DNA from: Malacoraja senta
Lineage: Eukaryota
NCBI GenBank assembly: GCA_038087875.1
Contig: JAXLNO010000625.1
Location: forward strand, 1-64,000
Length of the DNA: 64,000 nt
Direction: 5' to 3'
The notes under the pieces are model-generated. The model saw nothing but the letters and a program-made list of their open reading frames with translations, had not been told where the DNA came from and did not search any database. The position numbers were made by a program, and so were the translations under genes. Shown here in pieces: positions 23,718 through 35,595 of this stretch. Position 1 is the stretch's first letter. Each line of letters begins with the position of its first letter.

Positions 23718-24580
23718 AGTTTCTAGTTTTTAGAGATACAGCACGGAAACAGGCCCTTCGGCCCACCGAGTCCGCACCGAGCAGCGATCCCCGTACATTA
23801 ACACCATCTTACCTACTCACTACCACTCACCTAGAGCCACGTTGGCCCTCTCTCGAAAGGCACAGACCAGTGAATCCCACCTCCTCCATCAGATCGTCAC
23901 AGAGACACCACGACGAGTGCGCCTCAAGTCACGGCACCCCTTTGCCACGCAAGCCCAAGAGCTGCTCTGCACAACACCGGCTGACGCTTCTAAGGCTGCC
24001 TGGGTCAAGACGAGATGGAGAGACCAGTGGAAGTCAGCGGAACCATCTAGGCTACACCATTACATCGATGACCCCATGGACGTCCCTGGCCAGGACCTGC
24101 CCCGAAAGCAGTGGACAACCCTCAACCGCTTGAGGACAAGCATCGGACGCTATGGAGTAGCGATGAAGAGGTGGGGCCTCGTGGACAGCGCCTCCTGCGA
24201 GTGTGGGAACCCAACACAGACAGTGGAGCACATAGTCACCAGTTGCCCCAAACACCGGCCACCGAATGGTGAACACGGACGATGACACGTTGGCCTGGCT
24301 CGCCTCAACGGAGCTGCAGGTCTAAAAGACACACGACAGAAGAAGACCTACTCACACTCGGGACAATTTACATTTATACCAAGCCAATTAAGCTACAAAC
24401 CTGTACGTCTTTAGAGTGTGGGAGGAAACGGAAGAGCTCACTGGGAGAAAACCCACGCGGTCACGGGGGGAACGTACAAACTCTGTTCAGACAAGCACCC
24501 GTCGTCGGGATTGAACCCGGGTCTCTGGCGCTGCAGGTGCTGTAAGGCAGCAACTCTACTGCTGTGCCACCGTGCCACCG
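23718..24580 (-). mobile_element. HE1-like V-SINE interrupted by a Vingi insertion
   Basis: SINE halves 23718-23820 and 24346-24580 are contiguous. Confidence 0.85.
23821..24345 (+). mobile_element. Vingi/Ingi-type LINE 3' end (5'-truncated)
   Basis: ORF 23842-24285: RLKSRHPF...WTTLNRLRTSIGR...WGLVDSASCECGNPTQTVEHIVTSCP (CCHC). Tail CACACGACAGAAGAAG. 10-bp TSD ACCTACTCAC (23811-23820, 24346-24355). Confidence 0.8.
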
Positions 24581-25214
24581 GCCATGATATCAACCATTAA
24601 CAATATTTGTCTTAAATATGGGAATGTCTGCGCGATTTACAAAGAGAAGCCCATCAGTCTGAAGAAGGGTCTCGACCCAAAACGTCACCCATTCCTTCTC
24701 TCCAAAGATACTGCCTGTCCCGCTGAGTTACCCCAGCATTTTGTGTCTACCTTTGAATCCCATCACTATTTCCATCCAGCACTTTATTCCATTTCTAAAG
24801 CCAGGCAGTTGCACAGGTGCAGTGACAAAAGTTTTCTAATAAAGGAAGGACACAAATTCCTTGCACCCGGATACATTGCACCCGGAAACATTCTTCCCAT
24901 CTATGAAAATAAAGCAGCTGTATCCATTCTTGAAGAAAATAATTCCTCATGTAAACAACAGCTGGCTCTGCTAAGCTCCAAACATTCCGCAGAGGCAAGG
25001 GAAACATTTTTAAAAGCTCTATTTTACGTTTATTTATTATGAACGCTGTATTTATGGCCAAGCATAAAACATCTTCACCGCCTTGTTTACAGATATAATC
25101 ATTCTTAAAATGTTAATGCCACAAGTTCAAGTGGCATTGAGAAAGTAACATCTAAACTGTTTTGAATTCCCACTAGCACTCTGAATGGTCCCTATTGGCA
25201 ACTTATGGTCACGT

Positions 25215-25468
25215 TCCTCAGGTGGACATAACACATCCACTGGCACTATCTCGAAGAACAAGAGAGTTCTCCCCTGCATCCCAGCCAATATTTATTCCTC
25301 AATTAACAGCTAAAAATAAAATAGATTATCACGTGATTAGCACATAGCAGTGTGCGGGTCTTGCTGTGTGTAAATTGCCTGCTGCGTTTCCTACATTACG
25401 ATGATACTTCAAATGTACTTAGTTTGTTATAAAGTGCTTTGGGACATCCCAAGGCCATAAAATGCTAA
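25215..25468 (+). mobile_element. SacSINE1-like Deu-domain SINE (3' half)
   Basis: CAGGTGGAC...TGGCACTATCTCGAAGAAC...GCCAATATTTATTCCTCAA...TCTTGCTGTGTGTAAATTGCCTGCTGCGTTTCCTACATTAC. Confidence 0.7.
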
Positions 25469-26189
25469 CAAGACGATCTGTCAGCAGCCAGTTGCCATGT
25501 GTTGATTTATCTTAGGAGTTGGGGAAAAGCTTGCCAAAGACTTCTGGCGTTGAGTGTACAAAGTTTGACTGGAGCGTAAATGGCCATTGAAGGGGTAGTT
25601 TAGTGATCCAAATGTCAGATCTTGCTCAATTCCTTCTTACAATCTTGTTTCTATAAACAATCGCAGTTGTCCGGAGAGGAACTGTTGTAACAGTACTGTT
25701 AATGGGTGCAGTATCTCTTCAAGCTGAACATAAACAAACCTCATATAGACCCCGCTATTATTGTTTTAAAGAACTATTTTGCCAGAAATGTCATAATTTC
25801 AGCACAATGTCGGGCCAAAGTGGAACTTCCAGATTTCGGTCCTAATGTACTTTGGGATATAGATACGTGAGCTGGTGGGAGGATAGAGGAAAACTGAGGA
25901 CTGGGAATAGAATGAGTTGGGGTTAAGGATAAAGTGAGAGGGAAAGACTGATGAGAATGCTAGAATGTCGGACAATTCTTGGAAGAGAGATGCAGGCGTA
26001 ATGCAACAGAGATATAAAACTATGCTACTTAACAGGGTGTTAAATGAGGAAGTTACCATCCTAGGTGATAAAGATAGCAATAGGGCTAAATATGACTCTG
26101 GAGAATTCAATATAGTAGACCTGTTTATGTTCAGAACAGGAGAGACAAGCCATTTAGCATTGAGAGCTTAGGGTTCATCATTTACTACT

Positions 26190-26392
26190 TGAACTACTAT
26201 CTACCTCTTTGGTGACCCTCGGATTATCCTTGATCAAACTTTGCTGGCTTTACCTTGCACTAAACGTTATTCCCTCATACACTGTAAATGGATCGATTGT
26301 AATCATGATTTGTCTTTCTGCTTACTGGTTAGCATGCAACAAAAAGCGGTTCATTGTACCTCGGTACATGTGACAAGAAACTAAACCAAACT
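26190..26392 (+). mobile_element. About 200-bp repeat with Rex1-type 3' tail (second copy)
   Basis: Colinear with 13130-13330. Confidence 0.7.
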
Positions 26393-27391
26393 TAAGTAGA
26401 ACCATGTGGTGGAAGGACATGCAATTCCAATGAATTCCAGGGCCCCGTTAGCGATGTAAAGATGAGTGCAGCAACCTCACCACAGCAGCCAAAATCATTT
26501 GCCATTCCATCATTTGACCAGAATTCCTTCAAGCGTTGATGCCAAAGGACGAACCTGGCACTGGGGAATCAATGTCGGAATCCTACTTCTGATCCCGCGG
26601 AGCCTCATGCCTCTGGTAGCCTGTTTAACAGAAGACAGAAGGATTAGAAATTGCTTCTGACAGTTGTCTAGCAGACATCTTGCAGCATCTGCAGCAGCTA
26701 ACTGATATCATCACCTCTGCCCTCAGGCTAACCAGTTGGCTCTCACATTGAGCACAAGTGATGTGCTTCAAATTCAACTTAGTGAAGGCAACCTCTTAGA
26801 AACATAGGAAGTAGGTGCAGGAGTAGGCCATTGAGCCCTTCGAGCCAGCAGTGCCATTCAATATCATGGCTGATCATCCAAAATCAATACCCCGTTCCTG
26901 CTTTCTCCACATATCCCTTGATTCTGTTAGCCCCAAGAGCTATATCTAACTCTGTCTTGAATACATCACCTTATCAGATGGAAGCTCATGAGACCTTCCT
27001 CAATAACTCCCTCCGCAATCTAGGTTTAGGTTTATTATTGGCATGTGTACAGAGGTAGTTTAAAGCTTTGTTTTTAATGCTATCCATTCAAATCTGATAA
27101 AACTGTACATACTATCAAACCAAACTAATATACAATATAGCAGAGTGAAGGAAAAGCTACATAGTGTAGAATAGTAAGATTAAACGAGAACTTACCAGTT
27201 TGAAGTTTGATCGTTATTTTATGAGGAGTTACGTTGAGGGACTAGGTGGAGAAGAACCCCGATCGTCCGCATGCGCGCCAATCTTCAAAGCGACGGTGTG
27301 AAATCACAGATAATAGTGACTGAAGTATAATAGTAAGATGGAAGAAGACTAGAACTACCAGATGACCTTTATGAGGGTTGGGAGCGGAGGG

Positions 27392-27500
27392 CACGTAGTC
27401 CCTCAACGTAACTCCTCATAAAATAACGATCAAACTTCAAACTGGTAAGTTCTCGTTTAATCTTACTATTTTACTTCGGAGTCACGTGAGTGACTACGTG
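27392..27500. repeat. DIRS internal complementary region (ICR)
   Basis: 27392-27470 is complementary to 27170-27248 (78/79). 27467-27500 is complementary to 31516-31549 (34/34). Confidence 0.95.
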
Positions 27501-27724
27501 AAGATTTCAAAGCTCTGTGATTTCATGCCATGAGAAACGAGTCTACACAGCCACCACTGCTTCATTGACAAATGAGGAAAAAACATTCATAATGCATAGT
27601 GTCATGACATAGATTTAAACATGCTGATGCTGTTAAATGAAGTAATAATAATAGTCACACCTCTCATCTGGATGGAGACTATAACTAGAACGTTACCTAG
27701 AGTTGACAAATACCCCTGGTATGG

Positions 27725-28400
27725 CAATGGGTTATTATAAAATGTTTGGAACTTCGTTCGTTTGATCATGCTGCAGCCGTTAGGATGTGATCCAGCGGAA
27801 CGTAATTAACCCTTGCTGCTGCTGTTGTAGCAGCCCTGGTGGAGTGAGATCTGGAATCAGTATCTACTCCTGCATAACTCAACTCCGTTTCATCATCTGG
27901 AAATGGTCTGAACAGATACGTTCTTAAAGTTTTTTGTAACTAACAATCATAGCTAGCTCAGAGCCTCGAAGGCTCTTGGTGACCTTGACGTATTGTTGTA
28001 TATGTGAGCCCTCACATAACGAAAGGTCCCTGGATATGCCTTGACCTATTTTGAGACCTGACACCCCTTCTGCTCTGCTTAAGTAAATTATAAACATAAA
28101 ATACTATACATATTATTTACAGATGTAATCATCTTGTCCCGTCGCAATTATGTAGCGACTGACCTGTTGCGCTAAACCAGCGCCAGGAGGATAACTACCT
28201 AATGAGATCCGGCCAAAGCTAAGAATGAAGCTAGAACCCCCTGGTGAAATAGTGTTAACACAATGTCAACATCCCATACTGCATTGTACTTGTCCTGGGA
28301 GAACTTGTGTTAAAGATATCCTTTACAAGCTCGATATCCGGGGTGAACCCAACAGAGTGGATCTCGTTTGCTGCAGCAAATCTAATGGAAAGCACGTTGG
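27725..28400 (-). pseudogene. DIRS tyrosine recombinase remnant
   Basis: Frameshifted motifs KYNAVWDVDIVL, KVVILLALV, LLKQSRRG, VSVQTISR*, AGVDTDSRSHSTRAAT (HSTR at 27835-27846), DHILTAAA*SNE..FQTFYNNP. Confidence 0.85.
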
Positions 28401-28699
28401 CACAGTTAATGATCCTATAACTCAATTATTGTCAAAAGACCACTTAAAATGAACTCCAAGACGTCAGTAATCTGTACCATTTTAAATGTAATGAGCATTA
28501 AACAAACGCTTCCCATCTCCTGAAGAAGCAAAGCACTGCTTTTTTGGTGCTATCCCAGCACTCTGAACACATACAAGGATAGGTGTGACAGCCAAGCCGT
28601 AGGGCAGTTTATTGTGAATTTGCAGAACATAAATTGATTTTATCATGCAAAGTCTGAACCAGCAAAGTTACGTTTAGAATAACCATATAAGGTTGTATT

Positions 28700-29790
28700 A
28701 TTATTCCCGACATATCGGGAATCAAAACTGCATAGGCCAATCACACAGTAGGAACCTAAAGCGGGCTCTTGATGACATTATTTGAAGACCCGACTGATGA
28801 AGCAAAATGGAGGAAGACATAAAAGACCATTCCTCCTGCTTTCAGCGAGAATGTATCTTTCGCCACTGTTATGCCACATATTTTTGCAACCTGTGAATTA
28901 GCATGAAAACAACATATCTATATTCGGTTGCATTGAATCAGAACTTCATAAATACGGTGAGATCCAACACGCATTATGTGTTGTCATTGATCTGTACTTG
29001 ATGATACTCCAGTGGCAAATGAGATTATGTAACTATTACAGGATTCTTTTACTTGATTGCACCCACGTGACTATCATATGCTACCATCATAGTGTATCAA
29101 CATGAAGTTGAGCATTCAGATATGCATATTCGCTCAATCACTCTTTAACCCGTAAAATGCACGTAGGGTCCAAAGATAGTTGATACCAATAACTGAAGAA
29201 TTAATAAGTCATGCAAATCTCCTCCACCTCCAAACTAGAGATGACATTCACAATTTCCCACCTTAGGCCATTAGCATCATTTTGCAATATTATGAAACAT
29301 TTACTGATCAAACTACTGAAGCAAAGCTGAACACTGTTTGTCCATCATTGTGACTTTGGTAGCTTCAGCTGGTAATATTAAATGTGGGTTAACAATGACC
29401 TACACGGCACTTTAGAGTTTGCCATTTAGCATGCTTGTCAGTTCTCCCACTTGCACAGCTGCATCACCTCTATTACATTGCCAATTAGTCTAATGAATAG
29501 AAAGCTGCTTTATAACAACAAGGCTGTTCCACGTTTCTATTAACTCCAATCTGTTGCCCAGGGCGGAGTCACAGGCTAACTAATAGCCAAAGGCAAATCC
29601 CAATGACCAATTAGTCCATTTGATAACAACTTTATTTTAACTGGATAGAGGAGCCCAATTTCTCAAATATAGTTTGAGACTGAAACAGTGGATTTTATCA
29701 AAATACAGCATCAAAATATCATCCAAACAATACATAACAAGTGTTTTTGAACTCTGAGTAGTCCTCTTTGAATGATTTATTGTCATCATA
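28700..29790 (-). pseudogene. DIRS RT / RNase H / methyltransferase-like remnant
   Basis: LVMYCLDDILML (about 29706-29741, YLDD-like), NDANGLRW (TDAS..GW-like), TMMVAYDSHVG, DTFSL...FYVF(P)PFCFISRVF, DWPMQF*FP. Multiple stops and frameshifts. Confidence 0.75.
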
Positions 29791-29934
29791 CTGTTATATT
29801 GCCTCATCATAGCAATGCCTCCAAATATCTCCGATGATCACTGGAAATGGAAACACCCTATGAAATCAGTTGTTAATCAGCCATCTTTCATAATGAACAG
29901 GCCACACCTCCCATCATTTCATGTCTGCCCTTAA

Positions 29935-30192
29935 CGGCAACTCTGGCCCGATTCCCGAGCCTGTCTTGCAAGATAAACCTGGCCACAATACTCAGCCTGT
30001 CCGATAATTCTAACCTGTCCCAAAACACTCTGGCCATAATTCTGAGCCTGACTCAAAAGACAATTCTTGCCAGAATTCTGAACCTGCCTTGAAAAACAAT
30101 TCTGCCCATATTTCCGAGCCCGTCTCGAAGGCAATCCTGGCTAAAATACTGAGCCTGCCTCAACACGATTCTGGCCCAATTCCAACCTGCTT
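29935..30192. repeat. Degenerate tandem repeat of about 36 nt inside the DIRS element
   Basis: Units like CAATTCTGGCCATAATTCTGAGCCTGNCTCAAAAGA. Reads as RQAQNxGQNC-like 12-aa repeats on -. Confidence 0.75.
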
Positions 30193-31739
30193 GGAATGCT
30201 AGTAATGTCCAGTTTTACATGGTTAAATGCCTCTGAGTAGATGACAATATCTTAATCATTTGTGTATTGTACAACCAAGTGTAAATCTTACCAACTTGTA
30301 AGTGGTCCCTTAGTTGTAGAGTAGAACTGGTAGAGTGCGTGGTCCCTCTGGCCAACTTTCATGCTGCCACCAGCTTCAGTGAACCGCTTACAGCCGATGA
30401 ATACGTGGGGTGCGTTGTCACCGAAACTATGAAGCCTTGCTCGTCGTTGGCCTTAATTGGTCCAACAGCTTGTGCTTCGTTCTCCATGTTTTGCCTGTTG
30501 AATATGTCTTACCTGAATAGAAGATTCGGCAGCTGGCTCTAACATCCTTTGATAGCGGTGTTCACTGCATTGTGTTGGGATGGCAACCTTGCTGCCAGGA
30601 ATGGTACCTCTGACAAGTGACATTCATCCCCTTGGGGTATGCTCCACGGCTAAACCCTCAGACTCAGCGTCAGATTTACACTGACCCGGCATGCTCTCCT
30701 CCTCCATAAGGGAGACATTAAGCAGCCCTGCTACAAGGCGCTGTTGGCGCGGCCTCGCCAATAGGCCCACCCTTCAGGGTCAGAACAAAACTGCCCCGGT
30801 AAGCTCACCTCCTCCATTGAGGGAGACATTATGCAGCCCTTCTACAGGTGCTGCCGCCATACATTAAGCAGCCCTGTCCAAGGTGCTGCTGGCGCAGGCT
30901 CTCCCATAGGCCCGCGCTGACACAACTCCTGCTGTTGGAGTGTATCTAGATGGAGCCTCCTCTCCATTAGGAGCTCCCTCCTGGCCAACCTCCAAATGTT
31001 CTCATTACCTGAAGGGAACCCTCCCGGCTCCAGGGCTGACCGTTCTGGTCTGTTTAACCCCTATCCTGGGGACCCCTGAGTCTGGGAGCCGCATTACTGC
31101 TGGATTTCCCCACCCCGGGAACCCCAGCGTCTATATGTATGTCGGAGGGAAACCCTCCCGGCACCCGGTCTGCTGGATGTCCCCTCCCCGTCTGGCAGTC
31201 GTCAGCGTCTGGCAGTCACTTACCGTCTTATCAGTGACTGCGATCGCAAAACCCGACATTCCTCAGCTACCCGCTTCCGCGGTCGGACCCGGGTTGCCCC
31301 ACAGCCCAAGGCTGGTTCCCTCGTCGGCCTTCGCGAAGCATCCGGCAGGAAACCTTTGTAACAAGAGGTTCCTGCAAGAAATCAAAAACAGGTAAGAGAT
31401 ACAAACTTACCTGAAGTTTAAACTTACCGCTGGCAGGAGCGAGTCGCCTGCCAAACTGGTGCTTCGCCATGCGAGCGTCGTAATGACGCGCATGCGGATG
31501 ATCGGGGTTCTTCTCCACGTAGTCACTCACGTGACTCCGAAGTAAAATATAATTCTCAGCATTGCAGCATACCAGAGACAAAGCCCAATGATTGCATGAG
31601 GCTGAGAAGAATCAGACTGTACCTTAAGGAAGATAGACACAAAATGCTGGAGTAACTCAGCGGGACCGGCAACATCTCTGGAGAGAAGGAATGGGTGACA
31701 ATTCGGGTCGAGACCCTTCTTCAGACTGAGGCTGCACAT

Positions 31740-32720
31740 TCTTAAACATATTGTACCTTATGGAAGGACCGATCATAAGCCTGCAAAAAGGGGAAGAAGC
31801 TGTTCCTCAGTCTGCTGATGAGTGCTTCCAAACTTCTGTATGTTCTTCCTGTTGCAAATGGGAATGAAGGGTGGAACAAATCTTTGATTATCTTGGCTGT
31901 TTTCCCCGAGGCACTGTAGATGGAGTCAATGGTGGGGAGATTGTGTGATGGATTGGGCTGTATCCAGAACTCTCTACAATTTATTTCGGTCTTGGGCAGA
32001 ACTGTTCCCAAACCAAGTTGTGATGTAACCCGACAGCATGCTTTCTATGATGTAGTTATAGAAGTTTATAAGAGTCATTGGTGATTGTTTCGTTTCCTGA
32101 GGATGTAAGGCGTTGGTGTGCCTGCTTGGCTGTCACTTCATTGTGGTTGGACCATGTTGCCGGAAAAATGTGCCAGATGTTGGGGGAGTCCTGAACCAGG
32201 GGTCACAGTTTAAGAATAAGGGGTAGGCCATTTCGGACTGCGATGAGGAGAAATATTTTCACCCAGTGAGTTGTGAATCTGTAGAATTCTCTGCAACAGA
32301 AGGCAGTGGAGGTCAAGTCACTAGATGTTTTCTAGAGAGAGTTAGACCTTGCTCTTAGGGCTAACGAAATCAAGGGATATGGGGAGAAAGCAGGAATGGG
32401 GTACTGGTTTTGGATGATCATCCATGATCATATTGAATGGCGGTGCTGGCTAGAAGTGTTGAATGGCCTACTCCTACACCTATTTTCTATGTTTCAATGT
32501 TTCAATGTCACATCATTGATAATGTTAACTCCAAGGAACTTGAAGCTCCCAACCATTTCCACTTTGGCACCATTGATGCTGTTTGGGTCATGTACTCCAC
32601 TTTGCTTCCTGAAGTTGATAACTTGCTCCTTTGCCTTGCTAACATTGAGGGAGAGATTGTTGCCCTGGCACCATGTTACTAAGCCCCCCATCTTCTTCCT
32701 GTCCTCCAACTCGTCATCTC
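31740..32720 (-). mobile_element. Rex1-type LINE remnant interrupted by a CR1 3' fragment (about 32160-32505, +)
   Basis: LVTWCQGNNLSLNVSKAKEQVINFRK...VGSFKFLGVNI (32494-32796) and ...SRLRNSFFP (31742-32011). Confidence 0.8.
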
Positions 32721-33809
32721 TTCGTTTAAGTGCTACAGTGCAAGGCCTTGTCCTGAAATGGGAATGGAACCTCCTAGAATAAGATGTCAGGATCATCTTG
32801 ATACTGCATCAAAACCCCCTGCCATCTGAGCATGTTTAACCACAGTGCAGGAGACATGGTAATATTATTTTAGTTGCAATGCAGGAAAACTCAGAATGCT
32901 GCACTCACACACATGTAGATGAACTTCAAAATAAGATGGATGTTTAGTGTCGAAAGCAGGAGATTTATTAAGTAGTACTGTTTTGTGGAGGGAGGTAGTT
33001 GCTCAGTAAATGCTAATACATTGCGAATATGAAGTACCATGCCGTGAAGTAATTCTGCTCTGCTATATTTCTACGCTTATAACAATGTTCAAAGATGGAA
33101 ATGGAATCCAGAGTCCTCTCTTTGCCAAAGTTTTGTGTCTTTGCTATGTTTCCACCTCTCGAGATGTCAAAGAAAGATTCAGATAAAAATCACAGGGTTT
33201 TCAGAACCTTTTCTGCCAGTTATTTGTATCGATTACGAGTAATACCGTGGAATATAAATTTGAAATTTTGAAAGTTTGGCTGTAGAAATCTATGATGAGG
33301 ACTGAAGGGAATGTTTGCTGTTGAACTTGATGGCCATTGAGAAACTCTCACATGAACTAATGAAAGTGTACAGAGGAATGTTGTGTAACGTAATACAAAA
33401 ACAGGCCCTTCGGCCCACTGGCTCCAATCTAGCACGGCACCCATTCACATAGAGCCCATTTTTAATTCTCCCCATGTCTGGTAAGTTATAAAACCATTCA
33501 GTTCTGTTCCAGAAAGAGTGCTAATCTTCAAGGCTATGTTTTCTGTAGAGTGCGAGGAAAGACTGATATTTCGACATCTTGCCAGTCCACAAAACTAAGA
33601 ATTATTTATTATGGACAACAAAGAGAAACAAATCTATTGTCTTTGTTGTCCATAATTATTTATCATGGACAACAAAGCACGTGTGCACTTGATAAAAGTC
33701 CACAAAACCCCCCCCATCAATACAGAGTATATCATTAAACTATGCAAATTTATAGAATTTTCCTACCTGCAGACCTTAAAATATGTCAATGTACCAACAA
33801 GAAGAGTAA

Positions 33810-33895
33810 TGGGCCTGTCCCACTTAAGCGAATTTTAGGCGACTGCCGGCGACTGTCATAGTCATAGCAGGTCGCCGAAAAACTGGCAACTGGAC
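33810..33895. mobile_element. Orphan Harbinger-type left end
   Basis: TAA|TGGGCCTGTCCCACTTAAG, similar to the TIRs at 876 and 3328. Confidence 0.6.
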
Positions 33896-34332
33896 TAACT
33901 GTGCTCATTTGGCAGGGAAACGAGTGAGAAGGTGGTACATAAAAGATCACATGTAACCTAACACCCTGCAAATCTCTGGACACATTTAATGTCAGTGGAA
34001 AAACCATAGTAATTGTACCATTGTTGCGCACTATTTAAACCTCTGTTCTGAATGCAAGTTCTGTGACAGGAATTTGCTGGAGCTCCAATGCAAGGATCAT
34101 GATTAGAAGTAAACCAGAAACCACTCCAACAAAGAGTGCCAGAGAAGGCAGGAAACGCCAAGCAATATTTAATTTGCCTTATCTTCAGGTAGAAAGTGTA
34201 CAATAAAACAGCGAGCTTCACCGTGTATAATAATAAAGATAAAGTTGAGTTTAGTTATCATGTTTGTTATGGCAATTCACAACAAATTAGAAATTTTAGA
34301 TGTTATTTATTTGCGTTTTCATTTTTTAAAGC

Positions 34333-34660
34333 AGACAGTCAGAACATTTTGCCCAGTGTGGAAATGTCAAAGACTAAAGGACATAGCTTTACTGTGAGAG
34401 GGTCAAGGTTTAAAGGAGGTATACAGGGCAAGTTTTTTTTTACACAAAGGGTGGTGGGTGCCTGGAACACGTTGCCAGGGGTGGTGGTGGTGGAGGCAAA
34501 CATGATAGTGGTAATTAATAAGCTTTTAGATAGTCACATGAACACACAGAGAATAGAGGGATATGGATCGTCTCTAGGCAGCTTGGCTTAGTTTATCTTG
34601 ACACAGACACAGACATTGTGGGCTGAAGGTCTTGTTCCTGTGCTGTATTGTTCTACAATC
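34333..34660 (+). mobile_element. CR1 3' fragment
   Basis: KTKGHSFTVRG...FFTQRVVGAWNTLPG. Confidence 0.8.
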
Positions 34661-35136
34661 TACATCTAGGATCCATTGAGATATTGCAGGGAAAATAACC
34701 CTGGGGAATCTGGCCCAAACAGAATCCGTTCATTTCTGAGCTTCACTCCATGCTGTAATGACTAATGACAATGGTTGGTCCATCCTACTGCCTAGAAACT
34801 GCACTAAATTGGTGCTTTGGTATATATAGTAGGTTAAATTGTCACATGGAACAACCTTTTAAAAGATTTTCCAGTGCGTTAGAGAATTGAACATTTTGAT
34901 CAGCTGCACAATGCATTGTGAACTCATATCTCATTGAACGTTTAGCATTCCAATTTTTTTAAATATCCTGAACACGAAAGGATTGAATTTCTAATCTACA
35001 AAGCAGCGAGCTGAGCAAGGGTGCAGGCAAGTGAGTCCCAGCTAGTTAACTGCTCGTTGGTTGTTGGAAAATACACTGGTTTACAGGAAAACTGCAGAGC
35101 AGAAGGGAGACTGAAGAGTTAATTTTGTAGTTTCAC

Positions 35137-35595
35137 GTTCACAAATTATAGGAGTAGAATTACACCATTCGGCCCATCGAGTCCACTCCGCCATTCAATC
35201 ATGGTTGATCTCTGCCACCTAATCCCATTGTCCTGCCTTCTCCCCATAACCCTTGACACCCATTCAAATCAAGAACTTGTCTATCTCTGCCTTAAAAATA
35301 TTCACTGACTTGGCCTCCACAGCCTTCTGTGGCAATGAGTTTCACAGATTAACTACCCTCTGACTAAAGAACTTCCTCCTCATCTCCTTTCTAAAAGAGT
35401 ACCCTTTAATTCTGAGGCTATGACCTCTGGTCCTAGACTCTCCCACTAATGGAAACATCCTCTCCACATCCACTCTCTTTGCCTTTCATTATTCTGTAAG
35501 TTTCAATGAGGTCCACCCCTCAACCTTCTAAACTCCAGCGAGTACAGGCGCAGTGCTGTTAATCGCTCATCATATGCTACCCCACTCATTCCTGA
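35137..35595 (-). mobile_element. CR1 3' fragment
   Basis: Colinear with 11160-11560 and 15075-15815. Confidence 0.85.

Larger units (their letters stand above)
27170..31549 (-). mobile_element. DIRS1-like tyrosine-recombinase retrotransposon with decayed ORFs
   Basis: ITR cores 27240-27280 / 31484-31524. The internal complementary region 27392-27500 is the reverse complement of both termini joined. AATA at both junctions. RT, RNase H, MT and YR motif remnants on -. Confidence 0.93.

Noticed and set aside
27170..27470. 79-bp perfect inverted repeat read as a standalone MITE or pre-miRNA
   Set aside because: It is fully explained as DIRS terminus/ICR complementarity, because the adjacent 34 nt match the far end at 31516-31549.
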